Of a stretch of 64,000 nt of DNA, positions 1-13,959 are shown in pieces. Origin of the DNA: the human T2T-CHM13v2.0 reference genome, Homo sapiens. The translations under genes were made by a program, and so were the position numbers. The notes beneath the pieces are model-generated. The model was not told the DNA's origin. It made no database searches and saw only the letters and a list, made by a program, of their open reading frames with translations. Position 1 is the first letter of the stretch. Each line of letters begins with the position of its first letter. The DNA is taken from NCBI RefSeq assembly GCF_009914755.1, contig NC_060933.1, one strand, 5' to 3'.

Positions 1-346
1 TCAACACGAGTGGAATGGCATGGATTGGAATGGAATGGAATGGAATCAACCCGAGTACAGGGGAATGGAATGGAATGGAATGCAATGGAATGGAATCATC
101 CGTAATGGAATGGAAAGGAATGGAATGGAATGGAATGGAATGGAATGGAATCAACTCGATTGCAATCGAATGGAATGGAATGGAATTAACCCGAATAGAA
201 TGGAATGGAATGGAATGGAACGGAACGGAATGGAATGGAATGGAATAGAATGGAATGGAACGGAACAGAACGGAATGGAATGGAATGGAATGGAATGGAA
301 TCAACGCGAGTGCAGGGGAATGGAATGGAATGGAATGCAATGGAAT

Positions 347-361
347 GGAATCTTCCGGAAT
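347..361. promoter_or_regulatory. Perfect three-unit heat-shock element (nGAAn-nTTCn-nGAAn), representative of ~40 copies
   Basis: gGAAt-cTTCc-gGAAt matches the HSF1 consensus exactly. The motif match is certain, but binding at this copy is inferred from the known recruitment of HSF1 to Satellite III. Confidence 0.6.
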
Positions 362-1280
362 GGAATGGAATGGAATGGAATGGAATGGAATGGAATCAAC
401 TCGATTGCAATCGAATGGAATGGAATGGAATTAACCCGAATAGAATGGAATGGAATGGAATGGAACGGAACGTAATGGAATGGAATGGAATGGAATGGAA
501 TGGAATGGAATGGAACGGAACGGAATGGAATGGAATGGAATGGAATGGAATGGAATCAACTCGAGTGCAGGGGAATGGATTGCAATGGAATGCAATGGAA
601 TGGAATCTTCCGGAATGGAATGGAATGGAATGGAATGGAATGAAATGCAATGGGTTCAACTCGATTGCAATGGAATGGAATAGAATGGAGTGGAATGGAA
701 TGGAATGGAATTAATTCGAATAGAATGGAATGGAATGTAATGGAACGGAATATAACGGAATGGAATGGAATGGAATGGAATGGTATGGAATGGAATGGAA
801 TGGTACGGAATAGAATGGAATGGAACGAATTGTAATGGAATGGAATTGAATGGAATGGAATGGAATGGAATGGAATCAACGCGAGTGCAGGGGAATGTAA
901 TGGAACGGAATGCAATGGAATGGAATCATCCGCAATGGAATGGAATGGAATGGAATGGAATGGAATCAACCCGAGTGCAATGGAATGGAGTGGAATGGAC
1001 TGGAATGGAATGGAACAACCCGAATGGAATGGAATGTAATGGAGAGTAAGGGAGTTGAATAGAATCAATCCGAATGTAATAGAATGGAATGCAACGGAAT
1101 GGAATGGAATGGAATGGAATGGAATGGAATGCAATGGAATTGAATCAACCCGAGTACAATGGAATGGAATGGAATGGAATGGAATGGAAGGGAATGGAAT
1201 GGAATGGAATGATACGGAATAGAATGGAATGGAACGAAATGGAATGGAATGGAATGGAATGGAATGGAATGGAATGGAAT

Positions 1281-1405
1281 GGAATCGTTCCGAGTGGAAT
1301 AGGAGGGAATGTATTCGAGTGGAATGGAAAGGAATGGAATCAACCAGAGTGGAATGGAAGGGAATGGAATGGAATGGAAACTAATAGAATGGAATCAACC
1401 CGAGA
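1281..1405 (+). repeat. ~125-bp higher-complexity cassette (ATCGTTCCGAGTGGAATAGGAGGGAATGTATTCGAG...CAACCAGAG...AAACTAATAG), representative copy
   Basis: About 9 copies on + (near 1281, 2151, 6762, 12940, 14817, 21125, 22014, 26772, 35785) and about 10 inverted copies between ~40910 and ~56290. It stays in 5-bp register, so it is degenerate pentamer and not an insertion. Confidence 0.85.
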
Positions 1406-1914
1406 GGAATGGAATGGAAAAGACTGGAATGGAATGGAATGGAAAGGAATCAACTCGATTGTAATGGAATGGAATGGAATGGAATGGAATTAACCCGAAT
1501 AGAATGGAATGGAATGGAATGGAATGGAATGGAACGAAAAGGAAGGGAATGGAATGGAATAGAATGGAATGGAATGGAATCAACGCGAGTGCAGGGGAAT
1601 GGAATGGAATGGAATGCAATGGAATGGAATCTTCCGGAATGGAATGGATTGGAATGGAATGGAATGGAATGGAATGGAATCAACCCGAGTGCAATGGAAT
1701 GGAGTGGAATGTAATGGAATGGAATGGAACAACCCGAATGGAATGGAATGTAATGGAGAGTAAGGGAGTTGAATAGAATGAATCCGAATGTAATGGAATG
1801 GAATGGAACGGAATGGAATTGAATGGAATGGAATGGAATGCAATGGAATGGAATCAACCCGATGTCAATGGAATGGAATGGAATGGAATGGAATGGAATG
1901 GAATGGAATGGAAT

Positions 1915-2110
1915 GATACGGAATAGAATGGAATGGAACGAAATGGAATGGAATGGAATGGAATGGAAGGGAATGGAATGGAATGGAATGGAATGGAATG
2001 GAATGATACGGAATAGAATGGAATGGAACGAAATGGAATGGAATGGAATGGAATGGAAGGGAATGGAATGGAATGGAATGATACGGAATAGAATGGAATG
2101 GAACGAAATG
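1915..2110 (+). repeat. Local triplication of a 75-90 bp unit (GATACGGAATAGAATGGAATGGAACGAAAT...GGAAGGGAAT)
   Basis: GATACGG occurs at 1915, 2005 and 2080. The triplet is reproduced at 21769, 21859 and ~21934 (third copy AATACGG). Confidence 0.85.
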
Positions 2111-5100
2111 GAATGGAATGGAATGGAATGGAATGGAATGGAATGGAATGGAATCGTTACGAGTGGAATAGAAGGGAATGTATTCGAGTGGAATGGAAAG
2201 GAATGGAATCAACCAGAGTGGAATGGAAGGGAATGGAATGGAATGGAAACTAATAGAGTGGAATCAACCCGAGAGGAATGGAATGGAAAAGACTGGAATG
2301 GAATGGAATGGAATGGAATCAACTCGATTGTAATGGAATGGAATGGAATGGAAAGGAATTAACCCGAATAGAATGGAATAGAATGGAATGGAATGGAATG
2401 GAACGAAAAGGAAGGGAATGGAATGGAATAGAATGGAATGGAATGGAATCAACGCGAGTGCAGGGGAATGGAATGGAATGGAATGCAATGGAATGGAATC
2501 TTCCGGAATGGAATGGAATGGAATGGAATGGAATGGAATGGAATCAACCCGAGTGCAATGGAATGGAGTGGAATGGAATGGAATGGAATGGAACAACCCG
2601 AATGGAATGGAATGTAATGGAGAGTAAGGGAGTTGAATAGAATGAATCCGAATGTAATGGATTGGAATGGAACGGAACGGAACGGAATGGAATGGAATGG
2701 AATGGAATGGAATGGAATCAACTCGAGTGCAGGGGAATGGATTGGAATGGAATGCAATGGAATGGAATCTTCCGGAATGGAATGGAATGGAATGGAATGG
2801 AATGAAATGCAATGGGTTCAACTCGATTGCAATGGAATGGAATAGAATGGAATGGAATGGAATGGAATGGAATTAATTCGAATAGAATGGAATGGAATGT
2901 AATGGAACGGAATGGAACGGAATGGAATGGAATGGAATGGAATGGTATGGAACGGCATGGAATGGTACGGAATAGAATGGAATGGAACGAATTGTAATGG
3001 AATGGAATTGAATGGAATGGAATGGAATGGAATGGAATCAACGCGAGTGCAGGGGAATGTAATGGAACGGAATGCAATGGAATGGAATCATCCGCAATGG
3101 AATGGAATGGAATGGAATGGAATGGAATCAACCCGAGTGCAATGGAATGGAGTGGAATGGAATGGAACGGAATGGAACAACCCGAATGGAATGGAATGTA
3201 ATGGAGAGTAAGGGAGTTGAATAGAATCAATCCGAATGTAATGGAATGGAATGCAACGGAATGGAATGGAATGGAATGGAATGGAATGGAATGGAATGGA
3301 ATGCAATGGAATTAACCCGAATAAAATGGAATGGAATGGAATGGAACGGAATGGAGTGGAATGGAATGGAATCAACCCGAGTGCAGGGGAATCTAATGGA
3401 ATGGAATGCAATGGAATGGTATCATCCGGAATGGAATGGAATGCAAAGCAATGGAATCAACTCGATTGCAATGGAATGGAATGGAATGGAAGGGAATACA
3501 TTGGAATCAACCCGAGTGGAATGGAATGGAAAGGACTGGAATGCAGTGGAATGGAATGGAATGGAATGGAATGGAATCAACTCGATTGGAATGGAATGGA
3601 ATGGAATGGAATGGAATTAACCCGAATACAATGGAATGGAATGGAATGGAACGGAACGGAACGGAATGGAATGGAATGGAATGGAATGGAATGGAATGGA
3701 ATCAACCCGACTGCAGGGGAATGGGATGGAATGGAAGGCAATGGAATGGATTCAACTTGAACGGAATGGAAAGAATGGAATCAACACGAGTGGAATGGCA
3801 TGGATTGGAATGGAATGGAATGGAATCAACCCGAGTACAGGGGAATGGAATGGAATGCAATGCAATGGAATGGAATCATCCGTAATGGAATGGAAAGGAA
3901 TGGAATGGAATGGAATGGAATGGAATGGAATGGAATGGAATCAACTCGATTGCAATCGAATGGAATGGAATGGAATTAACCCGAATAGAATGGAATGGAA
4001 TGGAATGGAACGGAACGGAACGGAATGGAACGGAACGGAGTGGAATGGAATGGAATGGAATTGTATGGAATGGAATGGCATGGTACGGAATAGAATGGAA
4101 TGGAAAGAATTGGAATGGAATGGAATCGTATGGAATGGAATGGAATGGAATGGAATCAACCCGAGTACAGGGGAATGTAATGCAAAAGAATGCAATGGAA
4201 TGGAACCATCCGGAATGGAATGGAATGGAATGGAATGGAATGGAATGGAATGGAATCAACCCGAGTGCAATGGAATGGAGTGGAATGGAATGGAATGGAA
4301 TGGAACAACCCGAATGGAATGGAATGTAATGGAGAGTAAGGGAGTTGAATAGAATCACTCCGAATGTAATGGAATGGAACAGAATGGAATGGAATGGAAT
4401 GGAATGGAATGGAATGGAATGGAATGCAATGGAATGGAATCAACCCGAGTACAATGGAACGGAATGTAATGTAATGGAATGGAATGGAATGGAATGGAAT
4501 GGAATGGAATGGAATGGAATCAACCCGAGTGCAATGGAATGGAGAGGAATGGAATGGAATGGAATGGAACTACCCGAATGGAATGGAATGTAATGGAGCG
4601 TAAGGGAATTGAATAGAATCAATCCGAATGGAATGGAATGGAATGGAACGGAATGTAATGGAATGGAATGAAATGGAATCAACCCGAGTGCAGGTGAATG
4701 GAATGGAATGGAATGCAATGGAATGGAATCATCCGGAATGGAATGGAATGGAATGCAATGGAATGGAATGGAATGGAATCAACCCGAGTGCAATGGAATG
4801 GAGTGAAATGGAATGGAATGGAATGGAAACAACCAGAATGGAGTGGAATATATTGGAGTGTAAGGTAATGGAATAGAATCAATATGAATGTAATGAAATG
4901 GAATGGAACGGAATGGAATGGAATGGAATGGAATGCAATGGAATGGAATCAACCCGAGTGCAATCGAATGGAATCGAATGGAATGGAATGCAATGGAATG
5001 GATTCAACTTGAATGGAAAGGAAAGAATGGAATCAACACGAGTGGAATGGCATGGATTGGAATGGAATGGAATGGAATCAACCCGAGTACAGGGTAATGG

Positions 5101-5904
5101 AATGGAATGGAATGCAATAGAATGGAATCATCAGTAATGGAATGGAAAGGAATGGAAAGGACTGGAATGGAATGGAATGGAATGGAATGGAATGGAATCA
5201 ACTCGATTGCAATCGAATGGTATGGAATGGAATGGAATCAACTCGATTGCAATCGAATGGAATGGAATGGAATTAACCCGAATAGAATGGAATGGAATGG
5301 TATGGAACGGAACGGAATGGAATGGAATGGAATGGAATGGAACGGAAAGGAATGGAATGGAATGGAATGGAATGGAATGGAATGGAATGGAATGGAATCA
5401 ACGCGCGTGCAGGGGAATGGAATGGAATCGAATGGAATGGAAAGGAATGGAATGGAATCAACCCGAGTGCAGGGGAATGTAATGGAACGGAATGCAATGG
5501 AATGGAATCATCCGGAATGGAATGGAATGGAATCAACCCGAGTGCAATGGAATGGAGTGGAATGGAATGGAATGGAATGGAACAACCCGAATGGAATGGA
5601 ATGTAATGGAGAGTAAGGGAGTTGAAAAGAATCAATCCGAATGTAATGGAATGGAATGGAACGGAATGGAATGGAATGGAATGGAATGCAATGGAATGGA
5701 ATCAACCCGAGTACAATGGAATGGAATGGAATGGAATGGAATGGAATGGAATGGAATGCAATGGAATGGAAGCTTCCGGAATGGAATGGAATGGAATGGA
5801 ATGGAATGCAATGGATTCAACTCGATTGCAATGGAATGGAATAGAATGGAATGGAATGGAATGGAATGGAATGGAATGGAATGGAATTAAACCGAATAGA
5901 ATGG

Positions 5905-8900
5905 AATGGAAAGGAATGGAATGGAATGGAATGGAATGGAATGGAATGGAATGGAATCAACTCGATTGCAATCGAATGGAATGGAATGGAATTAACCCGA
6001 ATAGAATGGAATGGAATGGAATGGAACGGAACGGAATGGAATGGAATGGAATGGAATGGAATGGAACGGAACGGAATGGAATGGAATGGAATGGAATGGA
6101 ATGGAATGGAATGGAATCAACGCGAGTGCAGGGGAATGGAATGGAATGGAATGCAATGGAATGGAATCTTCCGGAATGGAATGGAATGGAATGGAATGGA
6201 ATGGAATGAAATGGATTCAACTCGATTGCAATGGAATGGAATAGAATGGAATGGAATGGAATGGAATGGAATTAATCCGAATAGAATGGAATGGAATGGA
6301 ATGGAACGGAATGGAACGGAATGGACTGGAATGGAATGGAATGGAATGGTATGGAATGGAATGGAATGGTACGGAATAGAATGGAATGGAACGAATTGTA
6401 ATGGAATGGAATTGAATGGAATGGAATGGAATGGAATGGAATCAACGCGAGTGCAGGGGAATGTAATGGAACGGAATGCAATGGAATGGAATCATCCGGA
6501 ATGGAATGGAATGGAATGGAATGGAATGGAATCAACCCGAGTGCAATGGAATGGAGTGGAATGGAATGGAATGGAACAACCCGAATGGAATGGAATGAAA
6601 TGGAGAGTAAGGGAGTTGAATAGAATCAATCCGAATGTAATGGAATGGAATGCAACGGAATGGAATGGAATGGAATGGAATGGAATGCAATGGAATTGAA
6701 TCAACCCGAGTACAATGGAATGGAATGGAATGGAATGGAATGGAATGGAATGGAATGGAATGGAATCGTTCCGAGTGGAATAGGAGGGAATGTATTCGAG
6801 TGGAATGGAAAGGAAAGGTATCAACCAGAGTGGAATGGAAGGGAATGGAATGGAATGGAAACTAATAGAATGGAATCAACCCAAGTGGAATGGAATGGAA
6901 AGGACTGGAATGGAATGGAATGGAATGGAATCAACTCGATTGTAATGGAATGGAATGGAATGGAATGCAATGGAATGGAATTAACCCGAATACAATGGAA
7001 TGGAATGGAATGGAACGGAATGGAGTGGAATGGAATGGAATCAACCCGAGTGCAGGAGAATGGAATGGAATGGAATGCAATGGAATGGAATCATCCGGAA
7101 TGGAATGGAAAGGAATGGAATGCAAAGCAATGGAATCAACTCGATTGCAATGGAATTAAATGGAATGGAAAGGAATACATTGGAATCAACCCGAGTGGAA
7201 TGGAATGGAAAGGACTGGAATGGAGTGGAATGGAATGGAATGGAATGGAATGGAATCAACTCGATTGGAATGGAATGGAATGGAATGGAATGGAATTAAC
7301 CCGAATAGAATGGAATGGAATGGAATGGAACGGAACGGAATGGAATGGAATGGAATGGAATGGAATGGATTAAACCCGAGTGCAATGGAATGGAGTGGAA
7401 TGGAATGGAATGGAATGGAACAACCCGAATGGAATGGAATGTAATGGAGTGTAACGGAATTGAATAGAATCAATCCGAATGTAATGGAATGGAATGGAAC
7501 GGAATGGAATGGAATGGAATGGAATGGAATGGAATCGAATGGAATGGAATGCAATGGAATGGAATCAACCCGAGTGCAATCGAATGGAATCGAATGGAAT
7601 GGAATGCAATGGAATGGATTCAACTTGAATTTAATGGAAAGAATGGAATCAACACGAGTGGAATGCCATGGATTGGAATGGAATGGAATGGAATCAACCC
7701 GAGTACAGGGGAATGGAATGGAATGGAATGCAATGGAATGGAATCATCCGTAATGGAATGGAAAGGAATGGAATGGAATGGAATGGAATGGAATGGAATG
7801 GAATGGAATGGAATGGAATCAACTCGATTGCAATCGAATGGAATGGAATGGAATTAACCCGAATAGAATGGAATGGAATGGAATGGAACGGAACGGAATG
7901 GAATGGAATGGAATGGAACGGTACGGAATGGAATGAGATGGAATGGAATGGAATGGAATCAACGTGAGTGCAGGGGAATGGAATGGAATTAAATGCAATG
8001 GAATGGATTCAACTTGAATGGAATGGAAAGAATGGAATCAACACGAGTGGAATGGCATGGATTGGAATGGAATGGAATGGAATCAACCCGAGTACATGGG
8101 AATGGAATGGAATGGAATGCAATGGAATGGAATCATCCGTAATGGAATGGAAAGGAATGGAATGGAATGGAATGGAATGGAATAGAATGGAATGGAATCA
8201 ACTCGATTGCAATCGAATGGAATGGAATGGAATTAACCCGAATAGAATGGAATGGAATGGAATGGAACGGAACGGAACGGAATGGAATGGATTGGAATGG
8301 AATGGAATGGAATGGAATGGAACGGAAAGGAATGGAATGGAATGGAATGGAATGGAATGGAATCAACGCGAGTTCAGGGGAATGGAATGGAATGGAATGC
8401 AATGGAATGGAATCTTCCGGAATGGAATGGAATGGAATGGAATGGAATGGAATGGAATGGAATGGAATAAACCCGAGTGCAATGGAATGGAGTGGAATGG
8501 AATGGAATGGAATGGAACAACCCGAATGGAATGGAATGTAATGGAGAGTAAGGGAGTTGAATAGAATCAATCCGAATGTAATGGAAAGGAATGGAACGGA
8601 ATGGAATTGAATGGAATGGAATGGAATGGAATCAACCCGAGTGCAATGGAATGGAGAGGAATGGAATGGAATGGAATGGAAACTACCCGAATGGAATGGA
8701 ATGTAATGGAGTGTAAGGGAATTGAATAGAATCAATCCGAATGTAATGGAATGGAATGGAACGGAATGGAATGGGATGGAATGGAATGGAATGGAATGGA
8801 ATGCAACGGAATGGAATCAACCCGAGTGCAATCGAATGGAATCCAATGTAATGGAATGCAATGGAATGGATTCAACTTGAATGGAATGGAAAGAATGGAA

Positions 8901-11900
8901 TCAACACGAGTGGAAGGACAAGAATTGGAATGGAATGGAATGGAATCAACCCGAGTACAGGGGAATGGAATGGAATGGAATGCAATGGAATGGAATCATC
9001 CGAAATGGAATGGAAAGGAATGGAATGGAATGGAATGGAATGGAATCAACTCGATTGCAATCGAATGGAATGGAATGGAATTAACCCGAATAGAATGGAA
9101 TGGAATGGAATGGAACGGAACGGAATGGAATGGAATGGAATAGAATGGAATGGAACGGAACGGAACGGAATGGATGGAATGGAATGGAATGGAATGGAAT
9201 GGAATCAACGCGAGTCCAGGGGAATGGAATGGAATGGAATGCAATGGAATGGAATCTTCCGGAATGGAATGGAATGGAATGGAATGAAATGCAATGGATT
9301 CAACTCGATTGCAATGCAATGGAATAGAATGGAATGGAATGGAATGGAATGGAATGGAATTAACCCGAATAGAATGGAATGGAATGGAATGGAACGGAAT
9401 GGAACGGAATGGAATGGAATGGAATGGAATGGTATGGTATGGAATGGAATGGAATGGTACGGAATAGAATGGAATGGAACGAATTGTAATGGAATGGAAT
9501 TGAATGGAATGGAATGGAATGGAATGGAATCAACGCGAGTGCAGGGGAATGTAATGGAACGGAATGCAATCGAATGGAATCATCCGGAATGGAATGGAAT
9601 GGAATGGAATGGAATGGAATTAATCTGAATAGAATGGAATGGAATGGAATGGAACAGAATGGAACGGAATGGAATGGAATGGAATGGAATGGAATGGAAT
9701 GGTATGGAATGGAACGGAATGCTACGGAATAGAATGTTATGGAACGAATTGTAATGGAATGGAATTGAATGGAATGGAATGGAATGGAATGGAATGGAAT
9801 CAACCCGACTGCAGGGGAATGGAATGGAATGGAATGCAATGGAATGGATTCAACTTGAATGGAATGGAAAGAATGGAATCAACACGAGTGGAATGGCATG
9901 GATTGGAATGGAATGGAATGGAATCAACCCGAGTACAGGGGAATGGAATGGAATGGAATGCAATGGAATGGAATCATCCGTAATGAAATGGAAAGGAATG
10001 GAATGGAATGGAATGGAATGGAATGGAATGGAATGGAATCAACTCGATTGCAATCGAATGGAATGGAATGGAATTAACCCGAATAGAATGGAATGGAATG
10101 GAATGGAACGGAACGGAACCGAATGGAATGGAATGGAAAGGAATGGAACGGAAAGGAATGGAATGAAATGGAATGGAATGGAATGGAATGGAATCAAAGC
10201 GAGTGCAGGGGAATGGAATGGAATGGAATGCAATGGAATGGAATCTTCCGGAATGGAACGGAATGGAATGGAATGGAATGGAATGGAATGGAATGGAATA
10301 AACCCGAGTGCAATGGAATGGAGTGGAATGGAATGGAATGGAATGGAACAACCCGAATGGAATGGAATGTAATGGAGAGTAAGGGAGTTGAATAGAATCA
10401 ATCCGAATGTAATGGAATGGAATGGAACGGAATGGAATTGAATGGAATGGAATGGAATGCAATGGAATGGAATCAACCCGAGTTCAATGGAATGGAGAGG
10501 AATGGAATGGAATTTAATGGAAACTACCCGAATGGAATGGAATGTAATGGAGTGTAAGGGAATTGAATAGAATCAATCCGAATGTAATGGAATGGAATGA
10601 AACGGAATGGAATGGAATGGAATGGAATGGATTGGAATGGAATTGAACGGAATGGAATGGAATGGAATGGAATGGATTGGAATGGAATGGAATGCAATGG
10701 AATGGAATCAACCCGAGTGCAATCGAATGGAATCGAATGGAAAAGAATGCAATGGAATGGATTCAACTTGAATGGAATGGAAAGAATGGAATCAACACGA
10801 GTGGAATGGCATGGATTGGAATGGAATGGAATGGAATCAACCCGAGTACAGGGGAATGGAATGGAATGGAATGCAATGGAATGGAATCATCCGTAATGGA
10901 ATGGAAAGGAATGGAATTGAATGGAATGGAATGGAATGGAATGGAATGGAATCAACTCGATTGCAATCGAATGGAATGGAATGGAATTAACCCGAATAGA
11001 ATGGAATGGAATGGAATGGAATGGAACGGAACGGAATGGAATGGAATGGAATGGAATGGAATGGAATGGAACGGAAAGGAAGGGAATGGAATAGAATAGA
11101 ATGGAATGGAATGGAATCAACGCGAGTGCAGGGGAATGGAATGGAATGGAATGCAATGGAATGGAATCTTCCGGAATGGAATGGAATGGAATGGAATGGA
11201 ATCAACCCGAGTGCAATGGAATGGAGTGGAATGGAATGGAATGGAATGGAACAACCCGAATGGAATGGAATGTAATGGAGAGTAAGGGAGTTGAATAGAA
11301 TCAATCCGAATGTAATGGAATGGAATGGAACGGAATGGAATTGAATGGAATGGAATGGAATGCAATGGAATGGAATCAACCCGAGTGCAATGGAATGGAG
11401 AGGAATGGAATGGAATTGAATGGAAACTACCCGAATGGAATGGAATGTAATGGAGTGTAAGGGAATTGAATAGAATCAATTCGAAAGTAATGGAATGGAA
11501 TGGAATGGAATGGAATGGAATGGAATAGAATGGAATGGAATGCAATGGAATGGAATCAACCCGAGTGCAATCGAATGGAATCGAATGGAATGGAATGCAA
11601 TGGAATGGATTCAACTTGAATGGAATGGAAAGAATGGAATCAACACGAGTGGAATGGCATGGATTGGAATGGAATGGAATGGAATCAACCCGAGTACTGG
11701 GGAATGGAATGGAATGGAATGCAATGGAATGGAATCATCCGTAATGGAATGGAAAGGAATGGAATGGAATGGAATGGAATGGAATGGAATGGAATCAACT
11801 CGATTGCAATCGAATGGAATGGAATGGAATTAACCCGAATAGAATGGAATGGAATGGAATGGAACGGAACGGAATGGAATGGAATGGAATAGAATGGAAT

Positions 11901-13526
11901 GGAACGGAACGGAACGGAATGGAATGGAATGGAATGGAATGGAATCAACGCGAGTGCAGGGGAATGGAATGGAATGGAATGCAATGGAATGGAATCTTCC
12001 GGAATGGAATGGAATGGAATGGAATGGAATGGAATGGAATCAACTCGATTGCAATCGAATGGAATGGAATGGAATTAACCCGAATAGAATGGAATGGAAT
12101 GGAATGGAACGGAACGTAATGGAATGGAATGGAATGGAATGGAATGGAATGGAATGGAACGGAACGGAATGGAATGGAATGGAATGGAATGGAATGGAAT
12201 CAACTCGAGTGCAGGGGAATGGATTGGAATGGAATGCAATGGAATGGAATCTTCCGGAATGGAATGGAATGGAATGGAATGGAATGGAATGGAATGGAAT
12301 GAAATGCAATGGGTTCAACTCGATTGCAATGGAATGGAATAGAATGGAGTGGAATGGAATGGAATGGAATTAATTCGAATAGAATGGAATGGAATGTAAT
12401 GGAACGGAATATAACGGAATGGAATGGAATGGAATGGAATGGTATGGAATGGAATGGAATGGTACGGAATAGAATGGAATGGAACGAATTGTAATGGAAT
12501 GGAATTGAATGGAATGGAATGGAATGGAATGGAATCAACGCGAGTGCAGGGGAATGTAATGGAACGGAATGCAATGGAATGGAATCATCCGCAATGGAAT
12601 GGAATGGAATGGAATGGAATGGAATCAACCCGAGTGCAATGGAATGGAGTGGAATGGACTGGAATGGAATGGAACAACCCGAATGGAATGGAATGTAATG
12701 GAGAGTAAGGGAGTTGAATAGAATCAATCCGAATGTAATGGAATGGAATGCAACGGAATGGAATGGAATGGAATGGAATGGAATGCAATGGAATTGAATC
12801 AACCCGAGTACAATGGAATGGAATGGAATGGAATGGAATGGAAGGGAATGGAATGGAATGGAATGATACGGAATAGAATGGAATGGAACGAAATGGAATG
12901 GAATGGAATGGAATGGAATGGAATGGAATGGAATGGAATGGAATCGTTCCGAGTGGAATAGGAGGGAATGTATTCGAGTGGAATGGAAAGGAATGGAATC
13001 AACCAGAGTGGAATGGAAGGGAATGGAATGGAATGGAAACTAATAGAATGGAATCAACCCGAGAGGAATGGAATGGAAAAGACTGGAATGGAATGGAATG
13101 GAAAGGAATCAACTCGATTGTAATGGAATGGAATGGAATGGAATGGAATTAACCCGAATAGAATGCAATGGAATGGAATGGAATGGAATGGAATGGAACG
13201 AAAAGGAAGGGAATGGAATGGAATAGAATGGAATGGAATGGAATCAACGCGAGTGCAAGGGAATGGAATGGAATGGAATGCAATGGAATGGAATCTTCCG
13301 GAATGGAATGGAATGGAATGGAATGGAATGGAATGGAATGGAATCAACCCGAGTGCAATGGAATGGAGTGGAATGTAATGGAATGGAATGGAACAACCCG
13401 AATGGAATGGAATGTAATGGAGAGTAAGGGGGTTGAATAGAATGAATCCGAATGTAATGGAATGGAATGGAACGGAATGGAATTGAATGGAATGGAATGG
13501 AATGCAATGGAATGGAATCAACCCGA
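5905..13526 (+). repeat. Blocks C+A, copy 1 of a ~8.05-8.2 kb near-tandem repeat
   Basis: Collinear markers with 13960-21716: GTACGGAATGGAATGAGATG 7921/16121 and AACGTGAGTG 7961/16161. ORF pairs: 6272 vs 14322 (offset 8050), 8751 vs 16946 (8195), 12309 vs 20494 (8185). Confidence 0.9.
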
Positions 13527-13959
13527 GTGCAATGGAATGGAGAGGAATGGAATGGAATGGAATGGAAACTACCCGAATGGAATGGAATGTAATGGAGTGT
13601 AAGGGAATTGAATACAATCAATCCGAAAGTAATGGAATGGAACGGAATGGAATGGAATGGAATGGAATGGAATGGAATGGAATGGAATGCAATGGAATGG
13701 AATCAACCCGAGTGCAATCGAATGGAATCGAATGGAATGGAATGCAATGGAATGGATTCAACTTGAATGGAATGGAAAGAATGGAATCAACACGAGTGGA
13801 ATGGCATGGATTGGAATGGAATGGAATGGAATCAACCCGAGTACAGGGGAATGGAATGGAATGGAATGCAATGGAATGGAATCATCCGTAATGGAATGGA
13901 AAGGAATGGAATGGAATGGAATGGAATGGAATTCAATGGAATGGAATCATCCGTAATGG

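Larger units (their letters stand above)
1..5905 (+). repeat. Blocks A+B, copy 1 of a large duplication (partner ~19850-25780)
   Basis: Rare markers recur at ~19.85-19.87 kb offset: ACCCGATGTC 1857/21711, ACGCGCGTGC 5401/25271, AAGCTT 5770/25640. Near-identical ORF pairs include 2264..2821 vs 22128..22685 and 3246..3620 vs 23110..23484. Confidence 0.9.

Noticed and set aside
1040-1060. G-rich words (GGAGAGTAAGGGAG, GCAGGGG, AGGAGGG) as canonical G-quadruplexes
   Set aside because: Four closely spaced runs of three or more G never occur.
1281-1405. Complex cassette as a possible inserted element or small RNA gene
   Set aside because: It stays in 5-bp register and parses as mutated GGAAT units, with no target-site duplication, terminal repeat, poly(A) tail or recognisable RNA fold.
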